This document shows positions 16,796-25,244 of a stretch of DNA of 34,746 bases, one piece after another. How positions within the stretch are numbered: the stretch's first letter is position 1; every line of letters begins with the position of its first letter. The stretch is taken from positions 1-34,746 of the IMG/VR virus record IMGVR_UViG_3300013126_000116. One strand, written 5' to 3'. The position numbers were made by a program, and so were the translations under genes. The stretch is from a virus. Lineage: Duplodnaviria; Caudoviricetes. Under the pieces are notes generated by a model. It was not told where the DNA came from. It ran no database searches and worked only from the letters and a program-made list of their open reading frames with translations.

Positions 16796-19094
16796 ATTTA
16801 AATTTATATAACTTTTTTATTGATTCTGTTGAGTCTTTTGGATTATTTTTTATTCCTGTTCCACCAGCTTCAATAAACTGACTAACATTTGAACCCATAT
16901 CATCAATCAACATGTAACCTGGTTTTGCTTCTGTGTGTTTTTCTTTTGCTTGTTTGTAAACTCTGTGGTTTAGTGGAATATTTAGGTGTTTATCTACCCA
17001 AAGATTTTTACCTTTCTTAGCATCTCCGTTTGGGTCTAAACCAGGACTTGATAAAATCCATACTTCAAAATTTTTAGCTTTAGCTAATTCCATAACTTTA
17101 TTGTAAAGTTGTTGTCCACCTGGATTCCAAGGCATTTCACTCCAAAACTTTACTTTACCTTTATTGATTATATCCCAAGCTTTACTTGAACCATATTTCC
17201 CAATGTATTCTTTAAACTCTAAACCTTCATCGTTGTATTTTGTAAATTGTTCATCAAAACCTGCTAATACTCCATCTAAATCAAAATAGATTCTTGTAAT
17301 AGGAGGATTAGATTGTTTAACTTCATTTAACATTCCAATATTATAAATGTCAGGATTTTGTTTTCCATAGTCTCTCATTAAAATACCGGCAATAGCATTA
17401 GCATCATTTTCATGTTCACTACCAGTTTCACCTGAATCGGGTTGTAATAGCCCCATTTCATTTTGTTTAGCATGAACTAATTCATGAGCTAATGTGCGAA
17501 GAACATCTACTACGTTTCTGTTACTAGGATTGATAGATATGTGGTGATTTGACGGGACATATGCTCCAAAACTTGGTTGATCTTCACCATACTCATATCT
17601 AACCTCAAATGTAGGAGGATTATGAATTTGAAGTTCATTACAAGCATAAGCCATAAATTTTTCAAAAAGTGAAGTCTTGTCAACAGATTCAACTAAAGAT
17701 AAAGTTTTATCTATAAAAGAATTTTTTAAATTATTAAGTTTTTCTAAGTAACCTGTGTTTCTTAAATTTTTAAATGCTAAATTTTCTAATGAATATTCAC
17801 CATCTTCATCTAATCCAGACTGTCTAAAGTTTTTAAGACGTTCTTTTATTTTATTTGTAAGTTCTATTGCTTTTTCAGGATCATCTTTACCTATTTTTTC
17901 TAACTTATCTATTTGTTGTTTAAATAACTTTGCCTTTTTTTCAATTTCTTCATCAGGAATGTCTATTTCTACAAAAGATGGTTTACGTAACCACTTATCA
18001 CTCATTAAACTATATTCGCCTCTGTATTTAGGATGATCTTCATTATCTTGAATATAAACTTCAATATTTTGTTTACCTAATTTTAAATCATGAACTCGAT
18101 TCCAATTGACTTTTGCTTCATCAAAGTATTTTTTTAACAACTCAAGATTTTCAAATTTATCAAAATCAACAACAATGTGTAAATCTATGTCAGATGTTGG
18201 AGTATAGTTGTAATTAACACTACTTCCTGTTAAAAGAATATCTTCAAACGGCTCAGGTATTTCTAATCCTTCCCAAAAATAATTAGCTATTTTTAATAAT
18301 AATTCTCTTACTTCTGGGTCTACTTTATTGTCATTACCAAAAATAATAGGGTTTAATTTATTTTGGTTTTTGTATTCTAACCATACCCACTGAGGTTGTT
18401 TTTTAGGATTTGGTTGATTACCTTCTTGTAAACTAGCTGGTTCAGGAAAATTAATATTTAAAACTCTTTGAATGTCATCTAAGTATCCTTTTTGTATTAC
18501 TGCTTCAGGAAATAAACTTTTAAAGTAATTATATGTAGTATTATAATCGTTTAAAGCTTTTTTATCACCGGGGTTGTTTTTTACTTGAAGATATCTTTGT
18601 CTTAATTCAGCTATTGTAGCTCTAAAGTCAGTTCCACTAACTCTATCACCATCACTATCTATAAACTGATCATCTACAATCTCTTCTTGGACCCTGTCGC
18701 CAAAAGCTTCTTTTAAACCTTCAAAATATTTTAAATCATCTGCTTCTTTACCAGCAGCAGCGACATAAGCTTCTCTATTTAAATCATCTCCAAACCATCT
18801 ATAAAGATCTTTAATTGGAGATTTAGTTTGTGAAATTTCAGCTACAATTTTTGGATTTGGTTGTGCCTTTAAGTAAATATCCCAAATTGCTTTACTTTGT
18901 TCTGCTGTAATTCCACCTCTTTTACCATGACCGATTAATACTTTTACTTGAGTAATGTAAGGTTTTGATGCTAGTTGTTGAGCTGCAGAAAGATGACCTT
19001 TATGGGGTGGTTTAAAACCTCCTGGATACCAACAAATTTCTGGTTTTTTGGCTACTTCTTCTCCTATTAATTTTCCTATTTCTGCAATATTCAT
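16788..19094 (-). CDS. Four-domain enzyme: HxGH cytidylyltransferase-like + pol-beta-type nucleotidyltransferase + HExxH metallopeptidase + HAD 5'(3')-nucleotidase-like
   Basis: YPGGFKPPHKGH (aa 23-34) with VSGT; LTGS...SDIDLH...IEVY (aa 288-347); RTLAHELVH...E (HELVH aa 537-541); IYFDLDGVL (aa 602-610), ILSS, K, LIDD (aa 729-732). Confidence 0.85.
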   Translation of the reverse strand: MNIAEIGKLIGEEVAKKPEICWYPGGFKPPHKGHLSAAQQLASKPYITQVKVLIGHGKRGGITAEQSKAIWDIYLKAQPNPKIVAEISQTKSPIKDLYRWFGDDLNREAYVAAAGKEADDLKYFEGLKEAFGDRVQEEIVDDQFIDSDGDRVSGTDFRATIAELRQRYLQVKNNPGDKKALNDYNTTYNYFKSLFPEAVIQKGYLDDIQRVLNINFPEPASLQEGNQPNPKKQPQWVWLEYKNQNKLNPIIFGNDNKVDPEVRELLLKIANYFWEGLEIPEPFEDILLTGSSVNYNYTPTSDIDLHIVVDFDKFENLELLKKYFDEAKVNWNRVHDLKLGKQNIEVYIQDNEDHPKYRGEYSLMSDKWLRKPSFVEIDIPDEEIEKKAKLFKQQIDKLEKIGKDDPEKAIELTNKIKERLKNFRQSGLDEDGEYSLENLAFKNLRNTGYLEKLNNLKNSFIDKTLSLVESVDKTSLFEKFMAYACNELQIHNPPTFEVRYEYGEDQPSFGAYVPSNHHISINPSNRNVVDVLRTLAHELVHAKQNEMGLLQPDSGETGSEHENDANAIAGILMRDYGKQNPDIYNIGMLNEVKQSNPPITRIYFDLDGVLAGFDEQFTKYNDEGLEFKEYIGKYGSSKAWDIINKGKVKFWSEMPWNPGGQQLYNKVMELAKAKNFEVWILSSPGLDPNGDAKKGKNLWVDKHLNIPLNHRVYKQAKEKHTEAKPGYMLIDDMGSNVSQFIEAGGTGIKNNPKDSTESIKKLYKFKYE

Positions 19095-19933
19095 GGTTTA
19101 GCAAATGTTTTTACTGCTCCTACTGCTTCTCTATAATTAAGAGGTTTAATAATTTTTAAAAACTTCTCAACAGTTTTAAATTGATCTTTAATATTTTTAA
19201 CAGCATCACTAAATTTCTTTTCAGCTGCTTTTTTCTTTTCTTCTTTTGCTTTTAAAATTTCAGGATCTGGCAAGTCTTTTGATGTTTCTATGTCGGATGG
19301 TTTAGGTTTTTTAAAACTTGATCTGTATTTTTCTGGATCTTTTTGTATTAATTGTTTAAAATAATCTTCTAACTCACCTGATTTTAATACTTTTTCAAAT
19401 TTATTAACATTTGCTTTTTCTCCAGGAGATAATTCTGTTTGAACAACTAAATACTCAATACCAGGGATACTTTTATAACTACTTATTTGATTATAAACTT
19501 TAGCCCAGTTATTTAACACAACTTCTTTAGGTAATTTTCTACTTCTATTAAAATTTCTTAAAAAACTAACAATAGGACTTCCGTAAAGTGTAATAACCAT
19601 TACTTTATAACCATTTTGCTGAGCTTGATTTACAATTTCTGCTGTTTCTTTAAAATTTTGTCCTGTAGTATCATAAATAAAATTTTGTTTTTTACTTATA
19701 GCATCAGGAATAGCTTTAGTTCTTATAATAATATTATTTTTACTTATATTAGGTCTATCAGGATCATCTTCTGGGTTAAAAGTATCTGGATTAAATACTC
19801 TAAAATCTGAAGGTATATTTCTTATTAGATCATTTATTAAAGTTGATTTACCCATTCCTGCTGCTCCTGATAAAATTATTGCTTTTGGTTGGGTGCCAAA
19901 AACTTCTAATAATAAAGATTGCAGATTAATCAT
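19091..19933 (-). CDS. P-loop kinase, zeta-toxin/AAA_33 (PNK-kinase-like) family, with N-terminal tag
   Basis: MINLQSLLLE tag; AIILSGAAGMGKS Walker A; FNPD; FIYDTTG; RNFNRSRKLP lid motif. Confidence 0.8.
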   Translation of the reverse strand: MINLQSLLLEVFGTQPKAIILSGAAGMGKSTLINDLIRNIPSDFRVFNPDTFNPEDDPDRPNISKNNIIIRTKAIPDAISKKQNFIYDTTGQNFKETAEIVNQAQQNGYKVMVITLYGSPIVSFLRNFNRSRKLPKEVVLNNWAKVYNQISSYKSIPGIEYLVVQTELSPGEKANVNKFEKVLKSGELEDYFKQLIQKDPEKYRSSFKKPKPSDIETSKDLPDPEILKAKEEKKKAAEKKFSDAVKNIKDQFKTVEKFLKIIKPLNYREAVGAVKTFAKP

Positions 19934-19937
19934 ACAT

Positions 19938-19945
19938 ATAAATAT
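19938..19945 (-). promoter_or_regulatory. ATATTTAT motif (putative late promoter)
   Basis: In the 13-nt intergenic gap, 4 nt before the ATG at 19933. Confidence 0.55.
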
Positions 19946-19946
19946 G

Positions 19947-20729
19947 TTACATTTCTAGTTTTACTGATGTAGGCAATTTTTCAAATAAAGGTTTTTGATC
20001 GGGATTTTCTAAAATATAAATGTCGTAAATATTTTTAAACATAGTAAAATAGTCTTCTAATGATTTTTCAGGTTGAACAATTTCCCAACCATGACCTTGT
20101 AATTTATCTTCTTTACCTTTTCGCTTACTACTTTTTAACCACAAAATTCCACTTTCTTCAATTTTAACATCACTGTGTTCATTCCAAGCATTAGCGTAAG
20201 CTGATAATTGTAAATTATAACTGGTGTGTAAACTATTACTTGTTTTAGTGTCTAATAACCAAACTTTATCGTTCATTTTTACTATTAAATCACAAGTTCC
20301 AGCATATTTGTGTTCGTGACTCAATAAATGTATTTCACTAGCTATTAATTCAGGTTTACAAGTATTCCAAAAATCACTAAATCTCAATATCATTTTCCAA
20401 ACTTCTAAGCTGTAATTAGCTCGTTTGTTTTCGTCTACCCAAACAATTTCTTCACCTCTTAAGAATCTTTCAATAGCATCATGAACTTGAGTTCCTTCTT
20501 CACTTGCTCTTCTAACAATAATATCGCTATTGTGACCTACGTCTTTTAACCAACTTTCAAAAAACTTGTTTTTAGGATAAAAACCTAAAACTGTGGTTAC
20601 AGAAGGATAATAGTCTCCATTTTCTGTTTTGTAAAATCGAGAATCTAAAAAGTTAATTTGTTCTCCTTCGTGTTCAACAATTCTCTTTAAGTAAGGATGT
20701 TTTTCAATGTTGTGACCTTTTTCTATCAT
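19947..20729 (-). CDS. PD-(D/E)XK exonuclease (lambda-exo/Cas4/MGME1-like)
   Basis: YPSVTTVL, GTQVH...E, ASE, YAGTCDLI, LLDTKTS, QLSAYA. Confidence 0.88.
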   Translation of the reverse strand: MIEKGHNIEKHPYLKRIVEHEGEQINFLDSRFYKTENGDYYPSVTTVLGFYPKNKFFESWLKDVGHNSDIIVRRASEEGTQVHDAIERFLRGEEIVWVDENKRANYSLEVWKMILRFSDFWNTCKPELIASEIHLLSHEHKYAGTCDLIVKMNDKVWLLDTKTSNSLHTSYNLQLSAYANAWNEHSDVKIEESGILWLKSSKRKGKEDKLQGHGWEIVQPEKSLEDYFTMFKNIYDIYILENPDQKPLFEKLPTSVKLEM

Positions 20730-21652
20730 ATATTCATTTTAAGTAACATAATGTCACTAAAAGTTAGTGGATTTGCATTATGTAATTTTTTTGTAAAAGT
20801 TTCAAAACCCATTTCACTTGGATCTTTATCATCCATATCAACCCAATATACTTCTTTACCGTAGTTCGTTAAGGTAAGCGCGTGATCTAACGCGTCTTTT
20901 TTAGCATCGCGATCTAATGCGATATAAATAGTTTTTACTAAAGATTCAACGAGTTTCTTCATAAGAGCATTAGAAATAGTTTTACCAAAGAGAGGAATAG
21001 CGTTACGGCGCACAGAAATAGCATCAAATGCTCCTTCAACAAGAATAATCGGCATCTCCCAAGAAATGAGTGCCTCAAAACCAATAATCTCATTTTTGTT
21101 ACATTTAGGTGTATCATACTTTCTACTAGCATTCGGATCCATAGTTCGAGCCACGAAATAGTTGATACTATAGTTATTATCATAAGAGGGAATAATGATG
21201 CTATTAGCATAAGGTCCAGTAGATGCATATCCTATATTATATTTTATAAGTTCAGTTTCAGTAATGCCTCGTTTTTTTAAATAAACTTTAGCTCTTCTTG
21301 CTTCTAAACTAGTATCTGCAATTAAATGTTTGAAATCTTTAGGTAATTGAACGTCTGTGTGTTCTACTTTTAAATCTTCTTTAGGACTAACACCTAAAAT
21401 ACTTCTTAATTCAAGAGTTTTTTCTCTAGGTGTTTTGAGTTTTTTAAATAAAGTTGGAAGTTTAAGTCCTTTAACGTTACAAACCCAACAATGATATGGA
21501 TTTTCACCTTTTAAATTAGTTTGTAGTTTTACTTCTAATTTAGGTTTATGGTGATTACAAAAAGGACAATTAAAAGCATAATTACCACTACTAGATTTTT
21601 TGCCTTTACCTAATACACTTTCAAGACAGTTTAATAGTAGTATGTTATCCAT
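20726..21652 (-). CDS. DNA primase (zinc-binding domain + TOPRIM)
   Basis: CPFC...HCWVC zinc site, YLKKRGI, IIIP, ILVEGAFDAI, IALDRDA, KDPSE. Start reassigned from 21688 to the ATG at 21652. Confidence 0.92.
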   Translation of the reverse strand: MDNILLLNCLESVLGKGKKSSSGNYAFNCPFCNHHKPKLEVKLQTNLKGENPYHCWVCNVKGLKLPTLFKKLKTPREKTLELRSILGVSPKEDLKVEHTDVQLPKDFKHLIADTSLEARRAKVYLKKRGITETELIKYNIGYASTGPYANSIIIPSYDNNYSINYFVARTMDPNASRKYDTPKCNKNEIIGFEALISWEMPIILVEGAFDAISVRRNAIPLFGKTISNALMKKLVESLVKTIYIALDRDAKKDALDHALTLTNYGKEVYWVDMDDKDPSEMGFETFTKKLHNANPLTFSDIMLLKMNI

Positions 21653-21661
21653 TACTACTAA

Positions 21662-21688
21662 TATAATAAAAAAGGCTTGGAAAACCAA
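21662..21688 (-). promoter_or_regulatory. TTGG-N14-TTTATTATA motif (TTG-N20-TATATTAG, resembling a Bacteroidota -33/-7 promoter)
   Basis: Directly upstream of the primase ATG; same spacing as two other copies. Confidence 0.55.
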
Positions 21689-21691
21689 GTC
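21668..21691 (-). terminator. Short hairpin plus U-tract (possible weak intrinsic terminator)
   Basis: Minus strand GACTTGG-TTTT-CCAAGCC-TTTTTT; 5-bp perfect stem; overlaps the promoter-like motif. Confidence 0.4.
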
Positions 21692-21728
21692 TTATTATTT
21701 TTATTTATTATAAATATATTATTTTAAA

Positions 21729-22118
21729 TTATCTAGCCCAAGAAATAGACTGTATTCCTTCTATTCCACATTTATCAGATTGCCTAGTTTTAACAAATAA
21801 TGTAGTTCCAATACTATATGCTATTCCTACACCTTTATAAATTTTAGATGTGTCTAATTCTTCTTCTGGATTTTGTTCTAAGTATTTTTTGATTTTATCA
21901 AATAATGTTTTAGCGTCATATTGGTTTTCTTTTTTATATGCGTCTAAATGTTTATCATCTTTACAAAATTGTATAACTCCATTATTATATAAAGTTACTT
22001 TAATTCCTGATTTTTTATGTTCTGTACTATCTAAAACTTGTATTTGTTCTTCATTTATTTGTGAAGTTGATGTTAGTTTATTTTCTACTAAATATTTTTT
22101 TAAGTCAAAGTTATCCAT
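21729..22118 (-). CDS. Hypothetical protein with an MDNFDLKKYLVE leader (probable head internal protein)
   Basis: Leader ends in LVE, then INEE; ATATTTAT 4 nt upstream. Confidence 0.68.
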   Translation of the reverse strand: MDNFDLKKYLVENKLTSTSQINEEQIQVLDSTEHKKSGIKVTLYNNGVIQFCKDDKHLDAYKKENQYDAKTLFDKIKKYLEQNPEEELDTSKIYKGVGIAYSIGTTLFVKTRQSDKCGIEGIQSISWAR

Positions 22119-22122
22119 AGTA

Positions 22123-22130
22123 ATAAATAT
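22123..22130 (-). promoter_or_regulatory. ATATTTAT motif (putative late promoter)
   Basis: Intergenic, 4 nt before the ATG at 22118. Confidence 0.55.
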
Positions 22131-22594
22131 TATTCAAAGTCTCTTCTAAAAAATTTTCCTAAAATATTATCACAATAACACAAGTTATCTTGTAAACAAC
22201 TATTTTCCATTTGAGCTTTTACTTCGTAGTATGTTAAGAGTTTTTTATTAGAAACAATGTAAAGTATTTCTCTAGAAAATTCAGTGTCTAATTTTCCTTT
22301 TTTAAATTCTAAAAAATCTTTACTTGAACCCCAATAATTTAACCAGTCACTTTCTTTTTGAATTACTTTTGTAATTGGTTTTCTACCAGGTCCTGTTTGT
22401 TCTAATAATTCTTTTTTAGTAAGTTTTTTCTTTATGTTGTGAAAAAGAACTTTTTTACCAATATAATATCGTTTTGTTTCTTTATGAACTATTTTATAAA
22501 TAAATCCATAAGTAGCTTCAGGAAAATCTGACAGTTCACTGAAGTATTTAATGTCTCCTTTTTTAAAGTTAAACCACATGCTATGAGCGTTCAT
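22130..22594 (-). CDS. GIY-YIG family endonuclease (Seg-like)
   Basis: YGFIYKI...YYIGKK, ESDWLNYWGSS, FSREIL, TYYE, DNILGKF. Confidence 0.82.
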   Translation of the reverse strand: MNAHSMWFNFKKGDIKYFSELSDFPEATYGFIYKIVHKETKRYYIGKKVLFHNIKKKLTKKELLEQTGPGRKPITKVIQKESDWLNYWGSSKDFLEFKKGKLDTEFSREILYIVSNKKLLTYYEVKAQMENSCLQDNLCYCDNILGKFFRRDFE

Positions 22595-22595
22595 T

Positions 22596-23549
22596 TTACC
22601 AATCTAATTTTACCAAAAACGTCAAATCTGTTGCATTAGAAAGTGGAACAGGTTGTGACATTTTTGCTACGGCCAATAATTGATTTGAGTCATTGTAAAA
22701 ACCTAATGATCCTACGTAAGGACTAAAATAACTAGCTGTTGCAAAATCTTTTAATTGATTGTCTGGATATGTGTAATAAGTGCCTGAGTAATTGTAAGGT
22801 ATAGTACTAGAAGTAATCCACACAGATGCTGATTCATAAATAAATCCTAAGGATCCTGTTGTTAATGTTGGATTATAACTTGTATTAAATTCATAATCTT
22901 TTACTCTACAAACCATATTTTGTTCGTAAAGTATATAGCTATTTTGAAATTGTATATTAGTGAAAGAAGCTGACATTCTAGTCAATACTCCTAATCCTTG
23001 TTCGTAAAATATATTTCCTACACAACTACTTTGTGAAATAATTATTCCTACTGAGCCAGTAAAACTAGATCCTGACCATCTTAAATTATATTCTCCATCA
23101 TCATAAATTAACCCACCACTTACTGCTGCTTGAAAAGTAGTAGGAATTACTTTATTAGAATATAATGTATTAGGAATATTAATTAATTGAATACTACTTG
23201 TGTAAAAATTCTTTTCTATTGAATATAAATTTCCTAATCTTAAAGCACCACTAACAGCATAATCAGTTGAAGTTAAATTTACAGTATAATTTACTGTTTG
23301 ATAATAAGAAGAGGTAGATAAAGAATTTACAGGGTAATATTCAGGATAATAGTTAACTAGTACTGATTTATAAAGTAAATTACTGTAATTATAATCTGTC
23401 TTAACAGCTGAACTAGTGTAACTTCCTGTTTGAAAAAAGATACCGTATTCTATAAAATCCGATGCAGTAACAGACCATAACTTATTAGCTTCATAAGGTA
23501 TGGTAAAGGCGTCACTTACATTTAATCTTTTTAATACGGTATCAGACAT
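22596..23549 (-). CDS. Virion structural protein (baseplate/tail-collar-like C-terminus)
   Basis: C-terminal PYVGSLGFYNDSNQLLAVAKMSQP...FLVKLDW, paralogous to the adjacent gene; S/T/G-rich. Confidence 0.7.
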   Translation of the reverse strand: MSDTVLKRLNVSDAFTIPYEANKLWSVTASDFIEYGIFFQTGSYTSSAVKTDYNYSNLLYKSVLVNYYPEYYPVNSLSTSSYYQTVNYTVNLTSTDYAVSGALRLGNLYSIEKNFYTSSIQLINIPNTLYSNKVIPTTFQAAVSGGLIYDDGEYNLRWSGSSFTGSVGIIISQSSCVGNIFYEQGLGVLTRMSASFTNIQFQNSYILYEQNMVCRVKDYEFNTSYNPTLTTGSLGFIYESASVWITSSTIPYNYSGTYYTYPDNQLKDFATASYFSPYVGSLGFYNDSNQLLAVAKMSQPVPLSNATDLTFLVKLDW

Positions 23550-24574
23550 TAATAATCAAGTTTTACTCTAACTAAAGTTTCTTTAGTAAAGTCTTTTTGT
23601 AAAGGTTTACTTAATTTAGCAACTGCTAATAATTCGTTACTATCATTATATAAACCAATAGCTGTAATATAAGTTACAGGGCTATAAATTAACTGATTAT
23701 AAATTAAATTACCATCACTATCAATAATAGTAGGATTAGCTGTGTAGTTATATTCAGCGTTTTTAGCTCTACAGAAAATAAAATTACTACTTAATACTTC
23801 AGCAGCTTGTAAACTAAAATCTCCACTGCTACTAATTAATTGATAAACAGTTCTGTTATTTGGATTATAAAAAGGACTTGGAGGTGCAGTACTAGCAGGT
23901 GTTCTATTCCACCCAATTTCTAATCCAGCACTACCTGTAGGACACTGTAATGCCATTGGGTTTAACATAATAAGTCCCATATCTGGAAATACATAACCAT
24001 AACTTCCTGATACTGTTCCAGCTGAACTAAATACACTTCCTTGACTACCACTTACTAAAGTATAGTATTGAGTATTATTAATAAAAGTTGCAGTTGTTTG
24101 AACTTGACTATTATCTGTTAAAGTAAGTTGATTTGAACCTGTTTTTAAATTTAGTGTTAAACTTCCTGGATTAAAACTTTGTTTGTATCTTCCTCGCGCT
24201 ACTGTTATTACAACAATATCATCTGATCCAGATACAAAATCAAACATAAATTTACTATTTTCGTCTCCTAAAATTAAAGCTCTATATTGACCATAAATGT
24301 CTTTAGTAGGTGTATAAGTAGGAGCAGCAGCGTTAAAATAATAACTTCCAGATCCTAAAATATTACCATAAGCAATAGCAAATTGATTTTCTGCTGTAGT
24401 TAAAGTTGATGCTGTTTGATAAACGTTTAAGTAAAACGCTCCAGTAGACCCAGTTTCTTGAGTTGAACTTGTAAAGAATTGAGTTAAAGTATATTGATTA
24501 TTAGTCCATGCTGCTGAAACTACTATTTCACTACTTACTGTTTGATCGTCTAATGATAATACTGAATATGACAT
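23549..24574 (-). CDS. Virion structural protein (baseplate/tail-collar-like C-terminus)
   Basis: C-terminal TYITAIGLYNDSNELLAVAKLSKP...VRVKLDY, similar to tail-fibre attachment (IGL..xLLAVA) domains. Confidence 0.7.
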   Translation of the reverse strand: MSYSVLSLDDQTVSSEIVVSAAWTNNQYTLTQFFTSSTQETGSTGAFYLNVYQTASTLTTAENQFAIAYGNILGSGSYYFNAAAPTYTPTKDIYGQYRALILGDENSKFMFDFVSGSDDIVVITVARGRYKQSFNPGSLTLNLKTGSNQLTLTDNSQVQTTATFINNTQYYTLVSGSQGSVFSSAGTVSGSYGYVFPDMGLIMLNPMALQCPTGSAGLEIGWNRTPASTAPPSPFYNPNNRTVYQLISSSGDFSLQAAEVLSSNFIFCRAKNAEYNYTANPTIIDSDGNLIYNQLIYSPVTYITAIGLYNDSNELLAVAKLSKPLQKDFTKETLVRVKLDY

Positions 24575-24576
24575 TA

Positions 24577-25242
24577 TTATTGTTTTTTATTAACTGTGAA
24601 TGGAATACTAATTCTTGCTCCTGAATTTCTACCTACAAAAGTAATTGTTGTAGTTACAATAGTTGTTCCTGAAGGGAATATATCGTTTAAGCTAGTAGCT
24701 GTTAAGGTAAATGAAGTTCCAATTTGTGAAATACTTAAAGGAGCACCTGATGTTGTTGGGGTAGGTGTTAAACTTGGTAAAGCGGTTGTATTAACTCCAG
24801 TACCTGTAAAACTACCTACTAAATTTTGATTTGAGATAGTTGCTAAGTAACCTAAAGGTTCAACACTTTCAATAGTTCCTAAATAATTTAATGTAGTAGG
24901 ATTAATAACAATTGTAGCTCCTTGTTGTAAACTAATACTTGCTCTACCACCAATGTTTAATACAGGCAATTTTGCAGTACCACGAGGTAAAGTTACTAAT
25001 TGATATTTCATATCTTGGGTATTATCTACAAAAGCTTGCAATAAAGGCATAGCTTCAATAGCCTCTCCATAATATGCTGATCCAGAAGGATGATTGGGAT
25101 TGTAAAGAGTATAATCAATTTCATCATCAGATAAAGAAAATTGAGTAATTCTAAATGAACCATCATTACGAGCTAAAAGCTCTCTGCCCTTTGTTGTTAG
25201 AACCGCATCTACGGTTACATATTCGTTCGACAAGTATGCCAT
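24577..25242 (-). CDS. Virion structural protein (baseplate/tail-collar-like N-terminus)
   Basis: DAVLTTKGRELLA...ITQFSLSDDEIDY; Thr-rich beta C-terminal half; located in the baseplate module. Confidence 0.68.
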   Translation of the reverse strand: MAYLSNEYVTVDAVLTTKGRELLARNDGSFRITQFSLSDDEIDYTLYNPNHPSGSAYYGEAIEAMPLLQAFVDNTQDMKYQLVTLPRGTAKLPVLNIGGRASISLQQGATIVINPTTLNYLGTIESVEPLGYLATISNQNLVGSFTGTGVNTTALPSLTPTPTTSGAPLSISQIGTSFTLTATSLNDIFPSGTTIVTTTITFVGRNSGARISIPFTVNKKQ

Positions 25243-25244
25243 AT

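Noticed and set aside
19091-19933. Classical epsilon-zeta toxin-antitoxin module
   Set aside because: No small antitoxin gene is adjacent; the N-terminal tag and late-type motif fit a virion cargo kinase better. Family resemblance does not establish toxin activity.
19947-20729. Cas4 / CRISPR-Cas system
   Set aside because: No repeat-spacer array or other cas gene is seen and the Cas4 Fe-S cysteine pattern is absent; this is a stand-alone exonuclease coupled to primase.
5052-21228. Nested minus-strand ORFs 5052-5321, 17510-17692 and 20959-21228
   Set aside because: Out-of-frame ORFs inside terminase, the four-domain enzyme and primase, with no recognisable features.
21653-21688. N-terminal extension of primase (TTG start at 21688)
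   Set aside because: The region is the promoter-like motif and hairpin; the ATG at 21652 is preferred.
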